Virus record (IMG/VR): IMGVR_UViG_3300042308_001511
Span: 124,001-188,000 of that record
Strand: one strand, 5' to 3'
Length of the DNA stretch: 64,000 nucleotides
The notes under the pieces were generated by a model. That model saw only the letters and a program-made list of their open reading frames with translations, ran no database searches and was not told the DNA's origin. The translations under genes were made by a program, and so were the position numbers. Shown here piece by piece: positions 1-8,677 of the stretch (positions within the stretch are counted from its first letter, which is position 1; every line of letters starts with the position of its first letter).

Positions 1-2064
1 AGCTGGTATGGCAGTGCCTCCTGGTGTTGCATAATAATTAGAAAATGCACCACCGACCAATATCTTACCGTCATCCTGTAACTCTATACTATATGCCACA
101 TCATCGAATCCACATGTAAAAGTAGTATCTAAACTACCATCACTATTTAACCTTGCAAACCTACTTCTACTTACATCTTTATAAGTGGTAAAATTACCAC
201 TTATAAGTACTTTACCGTCAGTTTGTGCTTTAATAGTTTCTACACTAATAGATGAAACATTCCAATTTGAAGAAGAAGTGTCGAAAATTGTATTAATTGA
301 ACCAGCAGTGTTTGATGTGTCACTCGAAAGGTTACTCCATACTGATCCGGCACTTATATCCACCGTCGACATTATTAGGTACCTATTTACGTTTGATGGG
401 TATTTCCATTTCGAAACTATAATCCCACCACCAAAGATGTCACCCACATTCAAATCATTGTCAGATTTATTGAAAAGATATCTTTTATCAACCCAGGATG
501 TGTTTCCACTTGAATCCGTCCTCAAAATTTTATCATTTCGTTTACCCGTTATATTGAGTGAAAGATTTTGTGATACTGATAGTGATAAAGGGTCAATAGT
601 GTGTGTATTGGTGATACCTATATCAAACTTTCTCTTTTGTGAGTTGTAATTCTTCAATATCTCATCCGCAGTAAGCGAACGGTTATAAATTCTAAATACT
701 GCCAAATCCATTGGATTTAGGTAATTTGTATTAAGACGATGTGTACCTATCCTACCATTACCCGAATTGAAGATTCTTTTTGTTGGATCTTCTGTACCTA
801 ATTGTTGACTTAGAGTTTGTTCTTGTCCATCAATATATATTTTGTTGTTTGTATAAGAAACGTCAGTTCTCATCTCAAAAACATAATGTGCCCACCTGTC
901 GAATAAACCGAGTGTTGTGACCTGTGTCGCAGAAATTCCGTAACTATCAGTATTGTTAGTATTGTAACCCAATGTTCCACTTAGTAGATATACAGTATAT
1001 CCATTCCAACCAAAGATCATTTTACCCGTTGATCCTGGTTTAAGTCTGGCCCATATCTCAACGGTTAGTGTGTTTGTTGTACCGATAGGTGCAGAAAAAT
1101 CAATGTACTGGTTTCCAAAAAAAGAAAGATAACCATCATTTTCGGTTGAGTATGTAAGACCTACTGCGTTAGTAGACTGAAACTGAAATGCATATGATGA
1201 TGTTGCTCCAGCATTCACGACATCTCCAACTTTATTACTTCTAATTAAGTCGTTATAAGATTTCTTATTTGACATATCTATTGAGAAGACTAGACCATTA
1301 CCAACCAATTTACTCTCCATCCTAACATATCTAACACGTGCTGTAGTAGTCTTCACTGTATTCTCAAAGAATCCAGTTGTTAAGTTTAGTAACCAAGCGT
1401 TTGATGCTGATATCTCAGTAGATGTCCAATACTTTGCATTGGCTCCGGTCTGTCTTGATCCAACTTTGAAGTTGTCTTCACCAAGAACACGATTTATAAT
1501 ACCTGCGGATTGATAGATTGATTTCATCTCGTTTAAAGATGGTAGATACCAATCTCCATATCCGTTTAAAAGTGTTTCACTATACCCACCATCCGCAGCT
1601 TTTGTGGACCACCTTCCTGATGTACGTGCAATTACGAAAGTTAAAAAACCAAGGTTGTTCACATTCGAATTCACATTGGTGGTTATTAGATTCGTATTAG
1701 ACTTTCCGTTATACAAACTAGTTGCTCCTGCTAAAGACGTATCATTAAAACTCCATTTAGGATTATTATCAAACGCATCATCTGGTACAGTTCCGTCAGC
1801 ACTATATGGTATCTGTACGTCTGTTAGACTGGCAATCAAAACTTTTTCGTCTTGTCCCTCATACCATATATCAACAACTATTCCACCACCATAAAGTTCG
1901 CCAATATATCTACCCGTTTTGAAAAGTGTTTTCGGGTCGGTCCATCTAACTAAACCATTTGATCCGGAAGTAAGTATTCTTCCCGCGGCCTCATTGCCGT
2001 CTTTTATGTAGAGTTTGGTTGTTCCGTCAATCTCTATTTTTGTTGTTGATATATTAAGTGGCAT
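1..2064 (-). CDS. Tail fibre/adhesin-like protein (DUF1566/Lcl C-type-lectin-like domain, LamG-like domain, delta-60 repeat); runs off the window edge
   Basis: Absent from the ORF track because its stop lies outside the window. My translation from ATG 2064 gives MPLNISTTKIEIDG..IGELYGGGIV..DWYLPSLNE..YWTSTEISASNAW (DUF1566-like), FRIYNRSLTADEILKNYN (LamG-like end) and RLNSDGSLDTTF..QDDGKILVGGAF (delta-60-like). Confidence 0.75.
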   Translation of the reverse strand, partial: MPLNISTTKIEIDGTTKLYIKDGNEAAGRILTSGSNGLVRWTDPKTLFKTGRYIGELYGGGIVVDIWYEGQDEKVLIASLTDVQIPYSADGTVPDDAFDNNPKWSFNDTSLAGATSLYNGKSNTNLITTNVNSNVNNLGFLTFVIARTSGRWSTKAADGGYSETLLNGYGDWYLPSLNEMKSIYQSAGIINRVLGEDNFKVGSRQTGANAKYWTSTEISASNAWLLNLTTGFFENTVKTTTARVRYVRMESKLVGNGLVFSIDMSNKKSYNDLIRSNKVGDVVNAGATSSYAFQFQSTNAVGLTYSTENDGYLSFFGNQYIDFSAPIGTTNTLTVEIWARLKPGSTGKMIFGWNGYTVYLLSGTLGYNTNNTDSYGISATQVTTLGLFDRWAHYVFEMRTDVSYTNNKIYIDGQEQTLSQQLGTEDPTKRIFNSGNGRIGTHRLNTNYLNPMDLAVFRIYNRSLTADEILKNYNSQKRKFDIGITNTHTIDPLSLSVSQNLSLNITGKRNDKILRTDSSGNTSWVDKRYLFNKSDNDLNVGDIFGGGIIVSKWKYPSNVNRYLIMSTVDISAGSVWSNLSSDTSNTAGSINTIFDTSSSNWNVSSISVETIKAQTDGKVLISGNFTTYKDVSRSRFARLNSDGSLDTTFTCGFDDVAYSIELQDDGKILVGGAFSNYYATPGGTAIPA

Positions 2065-2065
2065 A

Positions 2066-3703
2066 TTATGTTATTATTTGACCTATTTTAGTAGAAACAT
2101 TGTATTTGAATAATCCAATTCTCTCTGTATTAATGTTACCATCAGGTGTTGTTGTAGTTACATTCTCCGGAACAACCTTTCCGTATGATTGTAGTTCATA
2201 TTTACTGGTGTATGTACTATTCTCCCATTTGTATAGAGCAACATTCCTTGTAATTTGTCCACCTTTATACATAGTAACACCTAAAATAACAGGATTAACA
2301 CCTGCAGCTTGCCACCATGCTCTACAATCAATTGTGAATTCTTGTTGTGTTGGAAAATGAAGTTTGAATGCATTTACGTCTACAAGTATCGATTCATAAC
2401 CTTGTCCTAAATTATCTCCTGCACTTTTTAGTATTGAGTAAGTTCCTGCAACATTATTTCCTCTACCCCATGAGTTATATTGACCAGATGGTGCCGGAAT
2501 AGTTTCTGTTACAGAAGGTGTATAGTCGTATGCATATGCTGTATCAAAACCACCATAAATTGGATTATAGTTACCGGACAACCATGGTCTAAATGAATAG
2601 TAACCAACGAAGTTGGCCGCATTCGGACCACCATTAGTTCCATTTACATAAGTACTTGCTTCATTCCATGGTGTTACTCCAGCAGTTGGTAGTATCATAC
2701 GTGTTTTTGTATCTAAGTCGGTCCCATCCGTAAATTGGTAGGTTATTACTATATATTCCGCATCAAATTGGAACTGAGGTGTCGTATCATCTGCTATTCT
2801 AAATGGTCTGGTTAGTAAAAAATTACTTTTATTATAAGGTGTAACGAGGTTACCAATGGACCCAAAATCCGTACCTGACTTTAGTATGTATGCGTATGCC
2901 TCTGTCGCACTTACCTCTGTCGAAGACCAATAACCAACACTATAAATATCACCAAACATAGATATTTCCCTCTTTGAAGAGTTGTTTGCTAGGTTTATAC
3001 CTGCTGCAATATTATTCACATAGGTAAGATTGTCGTTTGTGTCTATCAAAGACCTACCTGAATCCTGTGCATATTGACTCAAAGTTTTGTTTATTATACC
3101 TAAGTTCGTGAAGAAAGTAGAGAGTTCGTATACACTTGGTAAATACCAATCCGTCCAAATACCTGTACCATAGTCTGGATTTACGTAGTTTAGACAATGT
3201 TGTGCAGCACCGGAATATCCGCTCTTAGTTACAAAACTTGAATATATTTCAGTTAAAGGACTTATATTGGAATTGAAACCTGGTTGAGTAGTCACTATAG
3301 AACTATTACTGGCACCACTTACAGACCAACTGGCACCACAAATAGTATTTATGTTACTCCACGGTACGAGGTTCCCTATACTATAACTATTTGGTCCTGG
3401 ATTAGGTTCGAAAGGAGGGTTATCTGTGTAAAGGATAGTATTATCCACATAACTCACATCCTGTAGAGCTGCAACAAGACACTTCTCAACACCGTTCTCG
3501 ATCCAGACTGCAGTTACTATACCACCACCGAACAACTCACCTACATAGTGATTGAACTGTTTGTCCGATATCATCACGTTCTTACTTACCCACGACACCA
3601 ATCCATCAGAATCTGACTTTAATATGTAATCAACCTGTTGTTTATCGTATCTTATCGTTAGCTGATTTACGATCAAATTGTTAAAACTCAAACTATGTGA
3701 CAT
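2066..3703 (-). CDS. DUF1566/Lcl-domain tail-fibre-like protein, paralogous to the adjacent gene
   Basis: 545 aa; VGELFGGGIV, DWYLPSVYEL and YWSSTEVSATEAY motifs shared with 1..2064. Confidence 0.7.
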   Translation of the reverse strand: MSHSLSFNNLIVNQLTIRYDKQQVDYILKSDSDGLVSWVSKNVMISDKQFNHYVGELFGGGIVTAVWIENGVEKCLVAALQDVSYVDNTILYTDNPPFEPNPGPNSYSIGNLVPWSNINTICGASWSVSGASNSSIVTTQPGFNSNISPLTEIYSSFVTKSGYSGAAQHCLNYVNPDYGTGIWTDWYLPSVYELSTFFTNLGIINKTLSQYAQDSGRSLIDTNDNLTYVNNIAAGINLANNSSKREISMFGDIYSVGYWSSTEVSATEAYAYILKSGTDFGSIGNLVTPYNKSNFLLTRPFRIADDTTPQFQFDAEYIVITYQFTDGTDLDTKTRMILPTAGVTPWNEASTYVNGTNGGPNAANFVGYYSFRPWLSGNYNPIYGGFDTAYAYDYTPSVTETIPAPSGQYNSWGRGNNVAGTYSILKSAGDNLGQGYESILVDVNAFKLHFPTQQEFTIDCRAWWQAAGVNPVILGVTMYKGGQITRNVALYKWENSTYTSKYELQSYGKVVPENVTTTTPDGNINTERIGLFKYNVSTKIGQIIT

Positions 3704-3766
3704 AAAAAGTTAATTTTTCAGGTGGTGTATATTATAACCACACACTATATATAATTTATTTCATCG

Positions 3767-5575
3767 TCAAACATAATTTTGAAATACCCACTTTTTTGAA
3801 CCAGAATCAAAAACACGTAGATATCCGAGTTCATTCATTATTTCCTTTTCAGTCTTATTTGAATCAAACCCCTTCTTAACTAATATATCCTTCCTAAAAT
3901 TGAAACGATGTTCCCTTTTACCACCAACAATATAATAATAATTAGGTGTGGTATTATGTATAAATTCAAATCCTAATTTAGTATAAAGTTCACCAACACC
4001 TCTACCATTATCAGAGTAACTAACAACAGTATCAACCTCATTATTTGATAAAAAATATTTGAAAAGTTTTGACGCACCACCAACTACACTAAACCCTATT
4101 TTATTACAAAACCTAAGCAGTTCCCAACTATTTAAACTGGATTTAGTACCAAGTGATTTCCTCAATGCACCAAATGTCATCAAACTAACCAATTCATCTT
4201 TATAATATAAACCTAATTTTACTGATGAGCCAACAAATCCCTGTATGTGATTTTCATTCAAAAATGTACGAACCTCTTTATTACTAACTGTTCTAATTTC
4301 ACACTTACGTGCCCATATACTTTCAATCACACCTAACTTATTCAATATTATCGACTTTATAATATCCTTTTTGAATAACCAATCATCTTCCCAAATATGT
4401 AACAACTTAATACCTTCATTCAGACAATCATTAGTTTTGTTAATATGATAATTATTATCTTTATGTATTTCCGAATGCCAATAAAGACCATTGAACTCAA
4501 ATGCTAAATTCAATTCAGGTAATAATATATCTATCTCCCTATTTTTTAAAATAGTCTTATCTCCTTTTTTTATAATACCATCGTAATTGGTACTTATAAA
4601 TTCGAAAAGTTCTAACTCCATTTTTGATGTTCCTGATAATTTAGGATTACAATTCAAACAAATATCTTCTTCTGAATTTTTACGACTTACTAAATACTGA
4701 CGATTTATTGAAAATTCTTCATTACAAACTAAACACTTTAACCTGATGATATTATCGGTCATTCCAATATTTTTATCTCTACCGATATAAACTATTTGTT
4801 CCGGTAAATTAGAAATAATTTTTTCTGTTATATTTTTTTTATAACTATCAACTCTTTTTTCAACTATATTCGGATGTGATAGATGATGTTCAACACCCCA
4901 CTTCTCAATAGACTTTTCTTTTATTTTATCTTTTTTATAATCATTAAATTCATCAATACTACCAAATCTTTCAACTATCGAATTTCTTCTTTTCAATTCA
5001 ATTTCTAAACCTCTTTCAGAATTTACTTTGCGTAAAGAATCTCCTCGTTTCTGAATGATTATATCCCTATTTTCATTTTGAAACCATGTTGATTTACTTT
5101 TCTCCTTTATTTCGTCAGATTGTGAGGGCCATTCAACACCCCATTTACTAAACATCGAATCTTTAAATTTAGAACGAACTTCATCATTATACATATAATG
5201 TTCACCTCCCCATTTTTCTAAAATTCTTTCTTTCTGTTTATCTAAAACATCCTTAGATTTTTTAGGATTATCAACACCCCATTTCTCTATACAGGTCGCT
5301 TTCCTTAACTCAACAAAACATTTCTTTTTGCCACAACTAACTCTATATCCATTTTTGAAACCAATGAAAGACAAATGATCACCACATATACAAACCAATG
5401 GTTCGGTAATGTTATTAACAAAATAATAAACCTTTTCAGATATACTTCTTTCCGATACAAAATCAGGCAAATTACTATTCAAATATTCTAAGTAGTCTGA
5501 ATTTTTAGTGGCTTTTAGAAAAACACACAAACTACCAATATTATTATTGGCCATATCAACTATAAAATCTCTCAT
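3767..5575 (-). CDS. Hef-like homing endonuclease: K[WY]GV[DE]xP repeats, Vsr/PD-(D/E)xK-like nuclease, C-terminal GNAT/Mom-like domain
   Basis: Repeats KWGVDNP/KWGVEWP/KWGVEHH; EIDILLPELNLAFEFNGLYWH; ARKCEI..NHIQG..WELLRFC..GGASKL. Confidence 0.7.
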   Translation of the reverse strand: MRDFIVDMANNNIGSLCVFLKATKNSDYLEYLNSNLPDFVSERSISEKVYYFVNNITEPLVCICGDHLSFIGFKNGYRVSCGKKKCFVELRKATCIEKWGVDNPKKSKDVLDKQKERILEKWGGEHYMYNDEVRSKFKDSMFSKWGVEWPSQSDEIKEKSKSTWFQNENRDIIIQKRGDSLRKVNSERGLEIELKRRNSIVERFGSIDEFNDYKKDKIKEKSIEKWGVEHHLSHPNIVEKRVDSYKKNITEKIISNLPEQIVYIGRDKNIGMTDNIIRLKCLVCNEEFSINRQYLVSRKNSEEDICLNCNPKLSGTSKMELELFEFISTNYDGIIKKGDKTILKNREIDILLPELNLAFEFNGLYWHSEIHKDNNYHINKTNDCLNEGIKLLHIWEDDWLFKKDIIKSIILNKLGVIESIWARKCEIRTVSNKEVRTFLNENHIQGFVGSSVKLGLYYKDELVSLMTFGALRKSLGTKSSLNSWELLRFCNKIGFSVVGGASKLFKYFLSNNEVDTVVSYSDNGRGVGELYTKLGFEFIHNTTPNYYYIVGGKREHRFNFRKDILVKKGFDSNKTEKEIMNELGYLRVFDSGSKKWVFQNYV

Positions 5576-5635
5576 CTTTATCAAATACCTTTTAGTATAT
5601 ATCTAAAATCGGTGTATTTGTCTGTATTTATTTTT

Positions 5636-5644
5636 TAATATATA
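5636..5644 (+). promoter_or_regulatory. TAATATATA late-promoter-like motif (representative copy, upstream of the neck gene)
   Basis: Exact TAATATATA also at 7161(+), 17544(+), 18872(-), 19966(-), 20778(-), 42593(+), 45083(-), 46813(-), 57337(-), 58148(-) and 58163(+), each about 4-35 nt before a start codon; analogous to the T4 late promoter TATAAATA. Confidence 0.65.
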
Positions 5645-5669
5645 CCTATGTAAAAATAAGTAAATAATA

Positions 5670-6449
5670 ATGAGCGATTACGTACCATACCAGGGTGGGC
5701 TTACCATAGAAGAATTAGTTGATAGTGTACAAACAGAGCTTACAATCTCTTGTGCATTACCTAAATCACTTCCAGACGCACACATAAGACAGATAATAGA
5801 GAAGAAGGCACTTCCTTGGTTTTACAGGAACTACCAATACGCAGTACAGAAGATGTACTTCCTAATCAGGAAAGAAGCATTCTTCAGTGAAGAGTTCACT
5901 AAATATAATTATGTAGAGGTTCCCTGTGAGATACAATCCGTTACTTACTTATATGAGTCACGTGGTGAGAGTCTGTTTCAATTAGGAATTAACACACCTA
6001 ACCTATCTGTAAATCTGGGAGTTACAAATCAACCTTATTTATCATCGTATGTAACAACTATCGGTGAGTTAGGTATGTATAAAACACTTCTTGATAATAT
6101 GAGTGATATGTTAAACCAACTTAACAAATACACTCTAAAACACCACTTCAACTACCTAAACCACAGATTGAATATACTAACAAACGTTAAACATGACGTA
6201 ATAATGGAGGCATATGCTAATATACCACAGGAAAACCTATTCAACGACGACCTATTCTTCAAATATATTGTAGGATATTCGAAAGTCGCACTCGGGAACA
6301 TGACCGGAAGGTATACTTTCACACTTCCGGGTGGGGTCACTATGAATTCGGCAGACTTAGTATCGCAAGGTAAAGAAGAAATTAAAGAAGTAGAGGAAGA
6401 AATTAAAAATCAATCTTCATCATCGTGGTTTATAATGGTAAAACGTTAG
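5670..6449 (+). CDS. Neck protein, T4 gp13-like
   Basis: 259 aa; C-terminal LPGGVTMNSADLVSQGKEEIKEVEEEI resembles gp13-family C-termini. Confidence 0.7.
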   Translation: MSDYVPYQGGLTIEELVDSVQTELTISCALPKSLPDAHIRQIIEKKALPWFYRNYQYAVQKMYFLIRKEAFFSEEFTKYNYVEVPCEIQSVTYLYESRGESLFQLGINTPNLSVNLGVTNQPYLSSYVTTIGELGMYKTLLDNMSDMLNQLNKYTLKHHFNYLNHRLNILTNVKHDVIMEAYANIPQENLFNDDLFFKYIVGYSKVALGNMTGRYTFTLPGGVTMNSADLVSQGKEEIKEVEEEIKNQSSSSWFIMVKR

Positions 6450-6454
6450 AATAT

Positions 6455-6486
6455 AAAAAAGAGGCTAAATTTAGTCTCTTTTTTTT
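6455..6486. terminator. Intrinsic terminator, potentially bidirectional
   Basis: aaaaaagaggctaa-at-ttagtctctttttt hairpin with A and T tracts. Confidence 0.6.
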
Positions 6487-6505
6487 ATCTTTACATAAAA
6501 AAGTT

Positions 6506-6700
6506 ATGTTATACGTATTCCACGACGGTGAATATTTCGCGACTGTCAACGACAACCTGGAAATAAGGAGAGTAAAGGACATCAACCGTGCAAGCTATTG
6601 GACAGAGAAAAGGGCGGCCAAGTCCTGGGAGAAGAAAATCAAAATAAACCACCCAAAGATGGAGTTGAAAACGGCGGGTCTAACACTTATAAAAAAATGA
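6506..6700 (+). CDS. Hypothetical protein
   Basis: Internal ATG (MLYVFHDG) of ORF 6425..6700; ATGA overlap with the next gene. Confidence 0.6.
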   Translation: MLYVFHDGEYFATVNDNLEIRRVKDINRASYWTEKRAAKSWEKKIKINHPKMELKTAGLTLIKK

Positions 6701-7056
6701 AAATAAGAATCTCAACAAGACTCGTACTAATATTCGAAAAAAGAGTCATAAAGATACCTTTAAGTTACAGAGGATACCTTCAGTGTAAAAATGAAAAGTT
6801 TATCTGGGAGAAGTATAAACACACCGGTGTGCTTGCGGAACTATATTCAGAACGATTCGGTATTGTTGTGATGAAGCGTTATCCGGTGGCGAATAGGGTT
6901 CCTGAATATGTAGTATATGGTTTGAAACGTGAGATACCTGAGTTTGATATTCCGAATTGTGACCTATATCGAAAAGATAATTGGGGAATTACCGAGAATC
7001 TTGGACATATTCTAATCGACTATGGTATCAACGAAAGAATTTCTAAGATGTATTAA
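6697..7056 (+). CDS. Minimal protein-kinase-like fold protein
   Basis: RVIKIP (beta3 Lys), NE (helix C Glu), DLYRKDNWG (catalytic loop), LIDYG (DFG-like). Confidence 0.55.
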   Translation: MKIRISTRLVLIFEKRVIKIPLSYRGYLQCKNEKFIWEKYKHTGVLAELYSERFGIVVMKRYPVANRVPEYVVYGLKREIPEFDIPNCDLYRKDNWGITENLGHILIDYGINERISKMY

Positions 7057-7060
7057 AAAC

Positions 7061-7142
7061 GAAAGCACCGAGTAGCGAATTCGATGCTTTCTATAAGCTG
7101 TAACTTATACCGGTCCCAAAGATGGGGCTCTAAACCCCCCGG
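7061..7142. ncRNA. Candidate structured RNA with three abutting hairpins; family not recognised
   Basis: gaaagca/tgctttc stem (7061-7091); tataag/cttata stem (7092-7109); ccgg/ccgg enclosing gggg/cccc (7110-7142); GC-rich in an AT-rich intergenic context. Confidence 0.4.
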
Positions 7143-7173
7143 TTCATACAATATATATTATAATATATAACCT

Positions 7174-7599
7174 ATGATTAAGAAATTTGAAAATTTTGAT
7201 TTTTTACCAACGAAAAGACTTTTCCTGGACGATTGGAGAATTCCTAGAGATTGTGCAACTTATATGTGGCAGAGAAAGGTTGATTGTAGAATATTCCACG
7301 AAGAGTGGGATGTCGTAAGATCATATGGTCAGTTCGTTGCTTGGATTGAAAGTAATGGTATACCTGACGTGGTTAGTTTCGATTATGATCTCGATGATGT
7401 AGAGGAATTGAAAGAGGATCTTCCGATTGAAGAGTGGTTCAACATAGAAGAAAACTATTCGTATAAAGGTACTGACTGTCTGAGATATCTAATACGTAAA
7501 TGTCGAGAAGTAGGTAGTGTATTACCAAAATGTATAATACATTCTGCCAATCCAGACGGTTGTGATGAACTTAAACAACTAATTGACGCAAACATATAA
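7174..7599 (+). CDS. Cyclic-phosphate-processing receiver-like (cREC) domain protein with N-terminal tag
   Basis: LFLDDWRIP, WDVVRSY, VSFDYDL, IHSANPDG; starts MIKKFENF. Confidence 0.7.
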   Translation: MIKKFENFDFLPTKRLFLDDWRIPRDCATYMWQRKVDCRIFHEEWDVVRSYGQFVAWIESNGIPDVVSFDYDLDDVEELKEDLPIEEWFNIEENYSYKGTDCLRYLIRKCREVGSVLPKCIIHSANPDGCDELKQLIDANI

Positions 7600-7813
7600 G
7601 AAAGATATGAGAAAGTTTTTGGTATTTGAGACAGAAAATGATCGTAAGAAAGTCGAGGTCACAAATTCATTTATATTTGAGTCGGAGTCGGAGATAAACC
7701 GGTTCAATAGCACCGGAGAGATATCAGATAGTGAGACAGGTCTTGCACTACTTGACAAGTTCCCGGTCTACATCGCAATGGTTAGACACATTCACATAAC
7801 CTTCGAGAAATGA
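7583..7813 (+). CDS. Hypothetical protein
   Basis: 76-aa ORF within the operon; true start may be the internal ATG (MRKFLV). Confidence 0.5.
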   Translation: MTQTYKKDMRKFLVFETENDRKKVEVTNSFIFESESEINRFNSTGEISDSETGLALLDKFPVYIAMVRHIHITFEK

Positions 7814-7977
7814 AAGACTACACACCTAGAGACCTTGAATACTTCACAGAGAAGCTCTGGTCCTCTGTAGGAATACCAGAAAGATACCTCGATGGAACGA
7901 AAAACGCAGATATGTTAGAGAGAATCTTAAAAAAGAGGAAAAGGATTAGTCGTATAAAGAGTTTGTGGAAAATATAA
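7810..7977 (+). CDS. 55-aa mini-protein: portal (gp20)-like fragment plus C-terminal tag
   Basis: Below the ORF-track cutoff; MKDYTPRDLEYFTEKLWSSVGIPERYLDGTKNADMLERILKKRKRISRIKSLWKI; ATGA overlap with the upstream gene. Confidence 0.55.
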   Translation: MKDYTPRDLEYFTEKLWSSVGIPERYLDGTKNADMLERILKKRKRISRIKSLWKI

Positions 7978-8010
7978 GCAAACTTTTGATAAGTATTTCA
8001 TATATCTTTT

Positions 8011-8184
8011 ATGAGTAAATTGAAGTTGGCAACATTGTGGATTTTCATTATTGGATTTTCAACGTCTTTATTTTGTCTGATGTTATCTGATAAAAATGAT
8101 ATTGCAGGGTGGTTTTTGGCTAGTTTCTATTCATTTATATGTGTCTATTATGCCACAAAAGAACTAACAAATAATAAAAAATGA
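8011..8184 (+). CDS. Small two-TM membrane protein
   Basis: 57 aa, MSKLKLATLWIFIIGFSTSLFCLML..; ATGA overlap with 8181. Confidence 0.5.
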   Translation: MSKLKLATLWIFIIGFSTSLFCLMLSDKNDIAGWFLASFYSFICVYYATKELTNNKK

Positions 8185-8492
8185 TTAAACACGAGATAAA
8201 AGTAGAGATGAAGGATTCAGTATCCTTACGCAATCTTATAGAATCTGCATATAATATGAACGGAGAAGAAGGAACTATAATTGGTAATGAACACAGATTA
8301 TTGGTAAATCCAGTTTTGGATGATGAACTTTTTCGTGTGCTTACTGGATTACATAATAGTACAGTAAAGGTTTTCAACACAGAAGTTATTGATGGAACTA
8401 TTAGATTTATGGTTTCTGAAAAATCAGGCGAAATAAATCTTTCACCAATATCTGTACGTTGTATATGTGAAGATAGATGGATATTTTATTAA
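8181..8492 (+). CDS. Hypothetical protein
   Basis: 103-aa ORF. Confidence 0.6.
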   Translation: MIKHEIKVEMKDSVSLRNLIESAYNMNGEEGTIIGNEHRLLVNPVLDDELFRVLTGLHNSTVKVFNTEVIDGTIRFMVSEKSGEINLSPISVRCICEDRWIFY

Positions 8493-8515
8493 TAAATATA
8501 TCTAAAATGTAAGTG

Positions 8516-8677
8516 ATGATAAACGACCTGCAGGACATACTGAGGACAGTCATATACGCGCCGCCACCTAATATAGCTAGTTTTGTACATTCATTTAATG
8601 TTATACCTACACGTGTATCAGTTCGAAAGGAGAAAGCACTTCAACTTTGGTCGGATATTAAAAAATCAACTCATTGA
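8516..8677 (+). CDS. 53-aa mini-protein: possible tail-sheath C-terminal fragment plus C-terminal tag
   Basis: MINDLQDILRTVIYAPPPNIASFVHSFNVIPTRVSVRKEKALQLWSDIKKSTH; preceded by AAATATAT. Confidence 0.45.
   Translation: MINDLQDILRTVIYAPPPNIASFVHSFNVIPTRVSVRKEKALQLWSDIKKSTH

Noticed and set aside
1-3703. Diversity-generating retroelement targeting the DUF1566 (C-type-lectin-like) domains
   Set aside because: No reverse transcriptase and no template repeat differing only at adenines is visible in the window; the two genes are diverged paralogues.
7061-7142. tRNA or a complete twister/hammerhead ribozyme
   Set aside because: No cloverleaf with a T-loop, no CUGAUGA core, and the twister pseudoknot partner is not evident. 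No tRNA genes were recognised anywhere in the window by eye.
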